Positions 12,120 through 24,148 are shown, counted from the first letter of the stretch. The stretch is DNA of 64,000 nucleotides from Octopus vulgaris (GCA_951406725.2 OX597830.1:10602001-10666000), one strand, 5' to 3'. Translations and numbers: made by a program. Notes: a model not told the origin generated them from the letters alone.

Positions 12120-12520
12120 ATAGTGATGATGGTGGTAGTGGAGTACAAAAGTTAGTAGTAGTAGTAGTAGTAGCAGCAGCAGCAGTAGTAGTAGTAGTAG
12201 TAGTCGTAGTCGTAGTTGTAGTCGTAGTAGTAGTAGTAGTAGTCGTAGTAGTAGTAGTAGTAGTCATGGAACGGGCAGTGTAGTGGAGGTCATGGAGATA
12301 GTTCTGGTGCTGGTGGTGATGTTAGTGATGCAGGTGTTGGTGGTGGTGATGGTGAAGGTAGTTTTGGTGGTGGTGGTGGTGATGAAGGTAGCCTTGGTGG
12401 TGGTGTTGATGAAGGTAGTGGTGGTGATGGTGAAAGTAATGTTGTTGTTGTTGGTGGTGGTGGTAATGATGAGGGTAGTGGTACTGGTGGTGGTAGTAGC
12501 GGTGCTGGTGGTGGTATAAG
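12120..12520. repeat. (GTA)n/(GGT)n trinucleotide tracts
   Basis: Direct inspection. Confidence 0.9.
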
Positions 12521-13988
12521 TGGCCCTACAGTACTAAAGGAACCTTAACATAGTATTGCCATTGTAGCATCCTCACCTACCTCCTACAAAAACTAACTCT
12601 TCAAGGAATTGGCAATATTTCTGGATTCTTCAAATCTTGCAAAATACAAAACAAAAAGTCTTTACCCATTTTTTTTCTTTTTCTCCTTCTTTTCCTTTTT
12701 ATTTTATTTGATGTCTTATATTGTTTGTTTATTGGGGGGGGGGGAGTTAAATCTTTATTTTGACATTTTAAAAACCACTAAAAAACATAAAAACCGTTTT
12801 AAAAAAAAATACTGTTCACCCCACCACTCCCACCACATTTTCCCTCCTTTCTTCACTTTTTCCCTCCAAAACAGGTAATTTGGAATATTCAACTATTTTC
12901 TTATTTTAACTTTCATTCTTCATACATACACACACACACACACACATATATGCGTACATACATGTATGCATGCATATATATCTATATAAATGTATTTATG
13001 CACGAACACATAGGTATCCATATATGTATACATACATGCATATCTATCTATCAACCTATATATGTGTGTGAGTGTGTGTGTGTGTATGTGTATGTATACA
13101 TATATATATATGTGTGTGTGTATATATATATATATATGTATGTATGTATACATATATATGTATGCATATATATGTATGTATACATATGTGTGTGTTTATG
13201 TATGTATATATATATAGGTGCGTGCCTACATACACATATGTATACATACATATATATATATATACACACACACACACATACATATATGTATACATTCATA
13301 TACACACAATCATACACATATATATTTAACTTACATATACATATGTATACATTCATGTATACACACGCGCACACATACATACATACACACACACACATAT
13401 ATACATATATATATACACACACACACACATACACACGAATTTAAGTCTTAAGATATATTTAAGTTTGCATCTCTCTTTTTACTTGCAATTCTTTCTATTG
13501 ACATTATTTTTTGGGTTTTTTTTTTCTTTCCTTTAAATCAATTTGGAGAAGAACTCGGTGCTAAAGTAAGTAGAGAAATTTTCCAAAGACCATGTTTCTA
13601 AGAAATAAAACGGAATTTATGATGAAGTCAAAAGGTTTTCCTTTTATCTCTCAGCTTTCTCTCTTCTTTCATTTTTGCCCTCTCCTCAAATTCCGTGTTA
13701 GAATTTGCTTGAATGGCAGGCAAAGAGAAAATTCGGCATGTTTAGACATTTGATGGAACCATTATCATCATCATCATCAACATCATCATCATCATTGTTG
13801 TCATCATCATCATTCTTTATTTATTTATCTATCTGTTCATTTATTTACTTATTTATTTCAGGGGTCAGCAATGATTTGATGAGCAGGGCCCATGATGTGT
13901 TTTTATGGTTGATTGGTTGTTTAGCAAGATTTCACTGTAAATCACTCCTACCTTTCACAAAGGGGAGGGGGGTGCGTGTGTATGTATA

Positions 13989-14045
<57 letters not shown>

Positions 14046-14172
14046 AAATCATCATCATCATGTAAATTATATATATATATGTATATATACATATAATATA
14101 TATATATAATATGTGTGTGTGTGTGTATATATATATATATGTGTTATATATATACATATATTATATACATAC

Positions 14173-14221
<49 letters not shown>

Positions 14222-14280
14222 CATGATGAGTCTGATGATTTACATATATATACATATATTTACAGACACACACACACACT

Positions 14281-14403
14281 CCATGTGCCCATGGGTACTG
14301 TATATGAGTGGGGGGCTCTTGGTTGACACTCAGTGTGAGTAAATACTCATGCCTGTCCGATGATCAAGATGCGTGAAACCCTGCGTGACAGTTTCTGAAG
14401 AAT
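14281..14403 (+). mobile_element. second, partial copy of the 11745-12056 repeat
   Basis: CCATGTGCCCATGGGTACTGTATATGAGTGGGGGCTCTT...GTGAGTAAATACTCA...CCGATGATCAAGATGCGTGAAACCCTGCGTGACAG. Confidence 0.85.
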
Positions 14404-14619
14404 TATATATAATATTATATGTAAATAATGTAAATAATGTTTTCTAGAATTTTCAGCTCAAGAAAGAAAAACAAGAATAATATTCCATTTGGGAGTCTGA
14501 TAGAAGAATATTACCTAAACAGTCCTTTGAATGACTGGCAAGAATTCCTCATGTTTTTTGTTTTTTTTTGTTTTGACAAATATTTAAATCCCAAATATAG
14601 GAAATATTTGTTAAAGTGG

Positions 14620-15230
14620 TTTGGCTACCCAGGAAATACAACCAGGTAGATCACGAGAAAGCATATAGGTGCTATGATAGGTAGACAGGTGGGGAGAGGG
14701 AGGGCTAGAGAGAGAGAGGGGCAGTTAGACAGACAGACAGCTGAAGAAGTTGGAGCAGTTTTGCTACCAAGGTAATACAACCAGGTAGATCATGAGAAAG
14801 CATATAGGTGCTGTTGATAGGTAGATAGATAGGTAGGGAGAGAGAGAGTCAGACAGCCAGACAGACAGAAGTTAGAGCAGTTTTACTACCAAGGTAATAC
14901 AACCAGGTAGATAATGAGATATCATATAGAGGCTGTTGATAGGTAGATAGATAGGTAGGGAGATAGGGAGAGGGAGAGAGATAGACAGACCGCTGAAAAG
15001 GTTAAAGCAGTTTTGCTACCCAGGTAATATGACCAGGTAGATCATGAGAAAGTATGAATGTGCAGTTGATAGACAGACAGACAGACAGATAGATAGATAG
15101 ATAAGGACACACACACACACACATGTGAAGATGTTAAAGAGGTTTTGTTACACAGTTAATACAGCCAGGTAGATCACGAGAAAGTACATAGGTACCATTT
15201 ACAGGTACACAGATAAGTAGATAGCATGTG
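14620..15230. repeat. minisatellite, 5 units of about 120-140 bp with embedded GATA/GACA/GA microsatellites
   Basis: TTTTGCTACCAAGGTAATACAACCAGGTAGATCATGAGAAAGCATATAGGTGCTGTTGATAGG recurs at about 14620, 14759, 14881, 15011 and 15143. Confidence 0.88.
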
Positions 15231-15262
15231 TGTGTGTGTGAGTATACATATGTGTGTGTATG

Positions 15263-15318
<56 letters not shown>

Positions 15319-15369
15319 TAGGCAAGTGAATAGCGTGATCATTAATATTCTTACATCATTTCGTTAAAG

Positions 15370-15436
15370 GTGAATGGTGAACAGAAGATTTAACCTGAGG
15401 TCTACGGTGCCGTCATGGTTACGCCAGACAGAAATG
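15370..15436 (+). CDS. candidate small exon with ATG (MVNRRFNLRSTVPSWLRQTEM)
   Basis: Unique CpG-containing island; acceptor ...CATCATTTCGTTAAAG|, ATG at 15374, 21 open codons, donor |GTTAGT. No recognisable homology. Confidence 0.25.
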
Positions 15437-15751
15437 GTTAGTCTTTAGAATTTATAGAAATATTGAGAATGACATTCTAATTCTCTGACATTTCATTTCT
15501 CTATTTCTTCGTGAGGGAAACTGATGGCTATTTGGAAAATTCAACTGATGATGATGATGGTGGTAGTGGTGTTGGTGGTGTTGGTGGTGGTGGTAGGAGC
15601 CGCAGCAGTAGTAGTAGTAGTGGTAGAAGAATTCTTTCGTTGATTTGCCACAAGGACTTGTACATTTAATACAAAGCATATTGCAAAAGTTATAACAGTA
15701 TGTGTGGGTATGTATGTATATGTGCTTATGTGTGTGTGTGTGTGTGTATTC

Positions 15752-15783
<32 letters not shown>

Positions 15784-15787
15784 ATTT

Positions 15788-16401
15788 ATCATCATCATCA
15801 TCATCATCGTTTAGCGTCCGTTTTCCATGCTAGCATGGGTTGGACGGGTCAACTGGGGTCTGTGAAGCTGGAAGGCTTCGTCAGGCCCAGTCAGATCTGG
15901 CAGTGTTTCTACGGCTGGATGCCCTTCCTAACGCCAACCACTCCGCGAGTGTAGTGGGTGTTTTTTACGTGCCACCTGCACAGGTGCCAGACAGAGCTGG
16001 CGAACGGCCACGAACGGATGGTGCTTTTACATGTCACCGGCACAGGGCCAGGCGATGCTGGCAACGGACACGAACGGATGGTGCTTTTACGTGCCACCGA
16101 CACGGGGCCAGACAGAGCTGGCAACCGGCCACGAACGGACGGTGCTTTTACGTGTCACCGGCACGGGGGCCAGCCGAGGCTGGCAATGTACGCGAACGGA
16201 TGGTGCTTTTACGTGCCACCGACACGGTTGCCAGACAGAGCTGGCAAACGGCCACGAGCGGACGGTGCTTTTACGTGTCACCGGCACGGGGGCCAGCCGA
16301 GGCTGGCAACGGACACGGACGGATGGTGCTTTTACGTGCCACCGACACGGGGCCAGACAGAGCTGGCAAACGGCCACGAACGGATGGTGCTTTTACGTGC
16401 C
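15788..16401 (-). mobile_element. RTE LINE 3' end with internal array of about 61-bp units (about 7, alternating A/B)
   Basis: (CAT)nCGTTTAGCGTCCG end, then repeats of CGGA(T/C)GGTGCTTTTACGTG(C/T)CACCG(A/G)CACGG...GCTGGCAA. Confidence 0.9.
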
Positions 16402-16959
16402 ATATATGTGTATATATATTGTATATGATAGATATATTGTATTAAAAGATTTATATGTGAATAATAAATGTATAAAAACAAATAAAACAAAACAAATACA
16501 CATAAATTGAAACTAAAATACAAATAAAACAAAGAAGAGCAATAGTGAGAGGCTGCCATTTAGGAAGGCTTAGGGTACCTTAAGACACTAACCACATTCT
16601 GCTCTTATCACTTCACTAAAATTTCCTGCAAGCATTTTGACTTTTAACCAAACCATGGAGCCATTCAACCCCTCTCTTGGATGTAGTTCCTTAGCAATTA
16701 GTAGATTATTAGCATAATCCTTATCTGTCATCTCTTATGTAGGTACCCCTGGGTACTCCTAGTACTCACTCCTCCTTTGCAGTCATCACAGTACCCAGTT
16801 TGTCCTTCCTTGGCGCCAATGTTAAGCCATGTAGGGTAGAGTTATCCTTTCAGATTACTTTAAATTCCTGGCACCCCATAACGATAAGTGAATTCACTCG
16901 TATTTTTTTGTGCCGATTCCTTTACATCTTATTAGTGGCACCTTGCTTTGCTGGTTTCG

Positions 16960-17760
16960 AATTTTGGTACAAAGCAAGCAATTTTGGGGTAGGGAGTAAG
17001 CCTATTATACTGACGCCAGTGCTCAGCTGATATTTATTTTATCAACCCCAAAAGGATGAAGGGCAAACATGATCTTGGTGAAGTTTGAACTCAGAACATA
17101 GCGAACATAAGTATTGGGGTCGATGGAATTGACTAGTCCTCACTTGCTAAATTTCAGGCCTTGTACCCAGAAAAGAAAGGATTATTTCATCAGGGGATAA
17201 CAATGAACTGGCAAAATTGTTGATGCACTAGACAAAATGCTCAGAGGGTGGGTTGATTACATCAACCCTAATCCTTGCTTAGCAGTATTTTGTCTGGTGT
17301 ATTAACAATTCTGCCAACCCACTACTCCTCGCTGAATGAAATAATCCTTCCTTCTATGGGCACACAGCCTGAAATTTAGCAAGACAGGACTAGTCGATGT
17401 AATGAGTCTAGGACATTTACCACCCATTGAAAATATCACCCCACCACCAAGGACAGTTACCCCTGAGGACAACAGATGAGGATTTAAAACTTCTTAATAT
17501 ATTAGAGAACGGGTAATTAACCAATGGGGGTGGGGGGAATTGTCCTGGGGTTAGTTGTTGTTGGGGAAGAATTGTCCTATGGGGGTAGTAATTGTCTTAT
17601 GGGGATAGTAATTGTCCTATAGGGGTAGTAATTGTTCTATGGGGGGAGTAATTGTCCTGATGGGTAGCTGTCCTGGTACAGACATGATTGACCCCAGTAC
17701 TTGACTGGTACTAATTCTTATCGACCCCAAATGGATTAAAGGCCAAGTCAACCTTGGCAG
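16960..17760. mobile_element. cluster of decayed family M SINE pieces with a nested foldback-like MITE (about 17405-17680)
   Basis: SINE core fragments on both strands. AGGACA(A/G)TTACC repeats at left and GTAATTGTCCT repeats (20-bp period) at right are in inverted orientation. Confidence 0.6.
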
Positions 17761-17884
17761 TTAACTTTTGACAAATGTTTGCCTTTCTCTCCCCCTTTGC
17801 CTTACATTTTCCTTTCATACATTTGTGAACTTGCTTATCCTCTCACTCTGCCCAAGCTTTTGTACCATCTCATTTATTTATGTT

Positions 17885-18240
17885 ATTTTATTTTTTTATT
17901 TCATCTAGTTTCAGTTCATGAGCTGTGGCCATGCTGGGGCACCGCTATTCGGTGTTGCTACATGATTTTACTTCACGAATACTTTTTAGAAATTGACATC
18001 TGGTGCCTGAGAGAGTTTGATGCAGCTGCCCTCATCTGCACCTCCTGCCCCGAAGTTGGTTCATCTGGGACACCTGACAGGAAGAGGTCCAGCTTTATTT
18101 TAAAGACATCTGCATCCACCCCGTGCAGGTCTCTCAGGTTCCTTCGGGAGGATATTGAAGAGTTGTGGACCTCTGAAGCCCAGGGTATTGCAGTATCTTG
18201 ACCTACATCTTGATGGCAAATTTGGAGTCTTTGGCACCCA
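17885..18240 (-). mobile_element. CR1/L2-like LINE 3' fragment (ORF C-terminus and 3' UTR)
   Basis: Minus strand: CNTLGFRGPQLFNILPK(fs)NLRDLHGVDADVFKIKLDLFLSGVPDEPTSGQEVQMRAAASNSLRHQ, followed by GCGGTGCCCCAGCATGGCCACAGCTCATGAACTGAAACTAG and an A-rich tail. Confidence 0.8.
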
Positions 18241-18469
18241 ATTTACCTTTCTGTAACTTGAAGACATGCTCCAACATATCTTTACCCCCATCTTCTCTCT
18301 TTTTTTTTTGTCTCTCACTCCCCTTCCATCTCCCTTTTCCAACAGGAGTAGCCATGTATTTCATCCACAGCAAGACATTCATTTCTATCCCCTCTATTCA
18401 TTACTTGGCAGAAAACCACCTCCCTCAAAGCTACTCCCTATTCGACTTAGTTAAGGGTCTGTCTTGCAA

Positions 18470-18695
18470 ATTACTTCATGATCCCACAAATGCCTGTGCC
18501 ATATAAAGCACCCAGTTCACCCTGTAAAGTGGTTGATGTCAGGAAAGCCACATCCAGCTATAGAATCCACGCCGAAGTCAACAATGGAGCTTGGCACAGC
18601 TCTTGAGCCTGTCAGCTCCTGTCAAATTGTCCAACCCATGCCAGCAGGGAAAAACAAATATCAAATATGAGCAGTGATGATGATGATGATGATGA
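18470..18695 (+). mobile_element. diverged RTE LINE 3' tail
   Basis: AAAGCACC...GTGGTTG...CATCCAGC...CCAACCCATGCCAGCA...(GAT)n. Confidence 0.7.
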
Positions 18696-19097
18696 AAAGA
18701 GATTTAATTTATTGAAGAATTTTATTACACAATTAAAAATCACTTCACTGGAATATTATCTTTGATAGTTTCTGAATTCATTGAAATGGTAAAAGTATAT
18801 TGAATATATTTGAATTATTTTTTTTTATGTTGGTTGTTAGTAAACACAAAGTACTAAAGACTGTCATTTTAATTCATTATTTGTAGTAATCATACGTAAT
18901 TTCATGCTACATTTCACCAATTTATTATTTTTTTACTAGAACCAAAAAAAAAAAAATCACAACAGATCTCTGTGCAATCAATTAAAATTGACTTTATTTG
19001 CATATGCAATTAACTGATCAATTTTATGTATATTTGACACTGCTAAATAGTTCTATGATTTGAAAAGTTATCCAATTAAGCAGAATCAACAATATAA

Positions 19098-19132
<35 letters not shown>

Positions 19133-19639
19133 ATCATCATCATCGTCATCATAATTTTAACATTCACTTTTCCATGCTTGTTTGGGTCAGACAGAATTTG
19201 CTAAAGTCAGTTTTCTGTGGCAGCCAGATCCCTTTCCTGTTACCAACCCTCACCCATTTTCAAGTAAGGGTTGAGAAGGCTGCAAGAATATTGGGAGACA
19301 GGCAGGTGTAAAGTGTGGGAAGAGATGTACATGGTGGTGAAGAAGAAGAGATAATTTGGTACCCCAGGTGGGTGATAAGTGTGAAATGTCAATGGAGAGG
19401 ACAGTTTAAGAATGAAGGATGGCTGTCAGGGGTAATAGTTCTGGATAGAGAAAAATAAATGCAGTATCAGGGAAAGGCTGGTGAGATATAGGGTTCTTCT
19501 CACATTTAATTACAGAAGCAAAATACTACGGTTAGATAGATGATGGGTGGTGGGGATAATGGGAGTAGGAAATGGGGTGAAGGGAGCTGTGTGCATGTGT
19601 GTGTGTGTGTGTGTGTGTGTGTACATAATTTGCATGCAG

Positions 19640-19885
19640 AATCTCAGTTTCACTGAAATGTGTGGGACATGTGTGTGCTTGCATTTATATCCCACTACAG
19701 CTTGACAACAAATGTTGGTTTGTTTACGTCCCTATAAATTAGGGGTTCTGCAAAAGTGAATCACAGACTAAGTACCAAACTTTAGAAAACGACAAATAAG
19801 TATTGGAATTGATTTGTTCAGCTAAAACCTTCAAGACAGTGCTCCCGCATGGCCACAGTCCAATAACTAAAACAGATAAAACAGA
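19640..19885 (+). mobile_element. SINE family O, 3' half (diverged)
   Basis: GCTTGACAAC...TAAGTACC...GTGCTCCCGCATGGCCACAGTC...AAACAG. Confidence 0.7.
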
Positions 19886-19889
19886 AAGG

Positions 19890-20232
19890 GTAATGACCCA
19901 CTTCGGTCATGAATGACCATGGGATTGCACCTGGAAAGTTCCCCTCTGAGGCAAAAGTCTTGGCAAGGTTGTTTATGGAAGACCAGCGGTCATCCATGCA
20001 TATCAGCTTCCCTTGTCCATGCCACTGATATTATCCAATGGAATGGCAAAGGCCGATACAGTCTTGGCACCAGTGACCTCACTATTCATTTCTACAGATG
20101 AGTGAATTGCAGCAGTATGAAATAAAGTGTCTTGCTCAAGAACACAACACATGGCCTGGTTCAGGAATCAAACCCACTACCTCATGATTGTGAGCTCAAT
20201 GCTCAAACCACTGAGCCATGAACTTTCACAGG
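19890..20232 (-). mobile_element. tRNA/CORE-like SINE family C
   Basis: Reverse complement of the 33641-33962 family (GCATGGCTCAGTGG...GTGTTCTTGAGCAAGACACTTTATTTC). Confidence 0.8.
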
Positions 20233-20410
20233 TGCATAGCTCAGCGATAAAATAGGTAAAGCATAAAAGATATATATCCCCCCACACAGAGATACACACA
20301 TCAGTTTATGTAAAAATAATACAGACACATACTAATTTATGCAAATACATCTGTGTGTATGAGAGTATGTATAAATACATACATAGTAGATGTATTATAT
20401 AAGCATTACA

Positions 20411-21965
20411 AGGTGGCAAGCTGGCAGAATCATTAGCATGCTGGGTGAAATGCTTAGCAGTATTTCGTCTGTCTTTACATTCTGAATTCAAATTCCGCCG
20501 AGGTTGACTTTGCCTTTCATCCTTTCGGGGTCGATAAATTAAGTACTAGTTGCGTACTGGGGTCGATATAATCGACTTAATCCGTTAATCCGTCCTTGTT
20601 TGTCCTCTCTGTGTTTAGCCCCTTGTGGGTAGTAAAAAAATAGGTATTCCGTCTGTTTTTACGTTCTGAATTCAAATTCCGCCGAGGTTGACTTTGCCTT
20701 TCATCCTTTCGGGGTCGATAAATTAAGTACTAGTTGCGTACTGGGATCGATATAATCGATATAATCGACTTAATCCGTTTGTCTGTCCTTGTTTGTCCTC
20801 TCTGTGTTTAGCCCCTTGTGGGTAGTAAAAGAATAGGTATTCCGTCTGTTTTTACATTCTGAATTCAAATTCCACCGAGGTTGACTTTGCCTTTCATCCT
20901 TTCAGGGTCGATAAATTAAGTACTAGTTGCGTACTGGGGTCGATATAATCGACTTAATCCGTTTGTCTGTCCTTGCTTGTCCTCTCTGTGTTTAGCCCCT
21001 TGTGGGTAGTAAAAGAATAGGTATTCCGTCTGTTTTTACGTTCTGAGTTCAAATTCCACTGAGGTCGACTTTGCCTTTCATCCTTTCGGGGTCGATAAAT
21101 TAAGTACTAGTTGCGTACTGGGATCGATATAATCGATATAATCGACTTAATCCGTTTGTCTGTCCTTGTTTGTCCTCTCTGTGTTTAGCCCCTTGTGGGT
21201 AGTAAAAGAATAGGTATTCCGTCTGTTTTTACGTTCTGAATTCAAATTCCACCGAGGTTGACTTTGCCTTTCATCCTTTCGGGGTCGATAAATTAAGTAC
21301 TAGTTGCGTACTGGGGATCGATATAATCGATATAATCGACTTAATCCGTTTGTCTGTCCTTGTTTGTCCTCTCTGTGTTTAGCCCCTTGTGGGTAGTAAA
21401 AGAATATGTATTCCGTCTGTTTTTACGTTCTGAAGTTCAAATTCCACTGAGGTTGACTTTGCCTTTCATCCTTTCAGGGTCGATAAATTAAGTACTAGTT
21501 GCGTACTGGGATCGATATAATCGATATAATCGACTTAATCCGTTTGTCTGTCCTTGTTTGTCCTCTCTGTGTTTAGCCCCTTGTGGGTAGTAAAAGAATA
21601 GGTATTCCGTCTGTTTTTACGTTCTGAAGTTCAAATTCCACTGAGGTTGACTTTGCCTTTCATCCTTTCGGGGTCGATAAATTAAGTACTAGTTGCGTAC
21701 TGGGATCGATATAATCGATATAATCGACTTAATCCGTTTGTCTGTCCTTGTTTGTCCTCTCTGTGTTTAGCCCCTTGTGGGTAGTAAAAGAATAGGTATT
21801 CCGTCTGTTTTTACGTTCTGAGTTCAAATTCCGCTGAGGTCGACTTTGCCTTTCATCCTTTCGGGGTCAATAAATTAAGTACCAGTTGTGTACTGGGGTC
21901 AATCTACTCAACTACACCCACTTCTTCAGAATTTCAGGCCTTGGGCTTAGATTAGAAATGATTAT
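20411..21965 (+). repeat. head-to-tail concatemer of SINE family M (8 cores)
   Basis: One full head at 20411; junctions ...AATA|GGTATTCCGTCTG at 20643, 20836, 21020, 21213, 21407, 21601 and 21795 (184-194-bp period). The last unit carries the type A tail. Confidence 0.95.
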
Positions 21966-22434
21966 ATAATCATCTCATAGACGTGTATCTCTATACATGA
22001 AAATACACATAAGCCCATGTTTATATACAGACGCAATGCTAGACCACCAAATATTGCATCATTTATCTTGAGGGGATTTCTTATGATTGCAAATGGATGT
22101 TAACTGATGACTGAGACAACTCCAATTGTTTCGGCACAAAACATTGTTTATTAAGTGTCATCCAATCAGAGGACACGATTCTACCATGTGATGTCTTTCA
22201 TTCCCACATCATTTATATTTAAGCTTACGTTAATTTGTCTGGAGGGGACTATACCAGGTGACATTACATATACATCGAGTCATCATTATGAATTGACACC
22301 TTTCACCTTAGCTTGCTTGCTGTAGTACAGACAGATGGTTCATGTTGCATCATGGACAATGGAAGTTGCAGTTTGCCATTTTACACTTCAGGTTGGAATT
22401 GTCACAGTGTGTTCTTTATTCGTTTATAAAGTTA

Positions 22435-22824
22435 CTAGCAGTATTGCCCGGCGTTGCTCAGGTTTGTTTCGACCCTTTAGAATTGGAATTTTTGAAAAGT
22501 AAAAATTTTGCATTATGTAGCTTGTTACTCTCTTTAAGTGAACATTTTTCTGGTTGAAATACACTGAAAATTGGCAACACAGCAGTCAAAAAATCGTAAA
22601 AAATAGGGATTTTCATAGAAAAAAAAGCACCTTTTTGATGTAAATAATTTTTGATGTTAACATGATCTGATTTGAATTTTATCTTCTACGGAAGGAAGAC
22701 AAGCTTCTTCTATCATACTCTCAATTTTGGTCAACTTGTGCCCCAGGTCTCAGAGGAGATAGTGTTAGTTGAAGGCTACCAAACCTGCCATACACAGACA
22801 ACTTCAGCTTTATATATAGAGAGA
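22435..22824 (-). mobile_element. non-autonomous Helitron
   Basis: Minus strand A|TCTCTCTATATATAAAGCTG ... hairpin CCTGAGCAACGCCGGG ... CTAG|T. Confidence 0.85.
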
Positions 22825-22907
22825 TTATCTGAGCACATGATCGTTATTCATCTTATGTTATGATGATGATGTTGCTGGCAAAGAAGAATTGTCTGTTATG
22901 AGCGTCA

Positions 22908-23303
22908 GAGCTACCAGATCACATGATTTCAACATGTCCCACCCCGTCAGTGGCAGACATCCAATAATAACTGCATACAGTCAAACCTCACTGCCAATGA
23001 TGTAGGGAATCTCATTTATGTCACAAATAACCAATAAGCTCGTTAAAAAATAATCATTAGCGACATCCATGTTAATTTGGATATCAAGATTGTCCTTTGG
23101 CATTTATACCACTTCTATTACTGATAATTATTTTTTAATAAACTCGTTAGCTATTTGTGACATCAGTGACTGAATAGACACTGAAATTCTATATAATCCC
23201 AGGCAGTGAGGTTTGGCTGTATACGGCTACCACTGAGGTAACAATCCACATTGAAATCACATGATCTGGGGTAGTCCACATTGAAATCACAGATCTGGGG
23301 CCC
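22908..23303. mobile_element. MITE with long (about 100 bp) imperfect TIRs
   Basis: CCAGATCACATGATTTCAA vs TTGAAATCACATGATCTGG, and ATACAGTCAAACCTCACTGCC vs GGCAGTGAGGTTTGGCTGTAT. The right end is locally duplicated. Confidence 0.75.
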
Positions 23304-23429
23304 ATAGCAGATGATTTTTATCTGCCAACACAACAAATATGAGTGCTTTTATGCATCATGTATTTAGATGAAAGGTCCTCTCAAGGTATATAATGCCGTA
23401 TTCTTTGTTCTAATGCAATGTCCATGTTA

Positions 23430-24009
23430 AGTTGGATATAAAGATTGCTTTTTGACATTGACACTGTTTCTGTCACTAAAGGAATAAGTTTGTGCCCTGA
23501 ACTTGTGCTGAATGGTTGCACCATCAATGCTGAACTTTATTGCAAAGAACCTGATCGAGTCTACAATGCGCTGGTTGAAAAGTACCCAAGACTTGTTCAT
23601 TAAAAACCACTTTGTTTCAACAAGACAATGCAAAGTTGCATACCGCCAGAAAGACCAGCAACAAGATTGAAGAATTGGACGGTGTGGAACTTCTGTTGCA
23701 TCCATCCTATAGTCCAGATGTTGCTCCATCTGACTACAGTCTCTTCCGATCAATGCATCACTTTATGAAACGTCACCAATTTGAGTCATTCAATGAAGCT
23801 GAAGAAGCCTGTCAAGAATTTTTCGATTCAAAGCCAAAGGATTGGAACTTTGACCAAATCCCAAAACTTGCAGATCATTGGTGGAAGGTCGTGGAACATG
23901 ATGCCCTTCATTTTGAAGAATAGTTGTTGATGTTTTTGAATAAACTTTAGCATAAAAAAAAAAAATCATTATTTTAACAAGGCGTACAAACTTTTTCCTC
24001 AACCTCGTA
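23430..24009 (+). mobile_element. mariner transposon 3' relic with right TIR
   Basis: TINAELYC...(fs)FQQDNAKLH...HPSYSPDVAPSDYSLFRSM...WWKVVEHDALHFEE*. Ends CAAACTTTTTCCTCAACCTCG-TA. Confidence 0.92.
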
Positions 24010-24116
24010 ATTATTCATATATGTATGCGTGTGTATATGTGTATTCTGGCATACAGAAGAAATAGAGCCTACCCCACATAAACCCATACATTCTACAGCA
24101 TATTTGTGTGTGCGTT

Positions 24117-24148
<32 letters not shown>

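Noticed and set aside
15840-16510. Overlapping 156-201-aa ORFs
   Set aside because: Arise from the GC-rich 61-bp tandem modules on the antisense strand of a LINE 3' UTR.
16580-16900. Possible old RT fragment (DYANNLLIA resembling YADD) on the minus strand
   Set aside because: A single weak motif with no collinear support.
20411-21965. CRISPR array, or a ribozyme within the concatemer unit
   Set aside because: Units are near-identical with no unique spacers and there are no cas genes in this eukaryotic context. I could not find a hammerhead, twister or HDV-like fold in either strand by eye.
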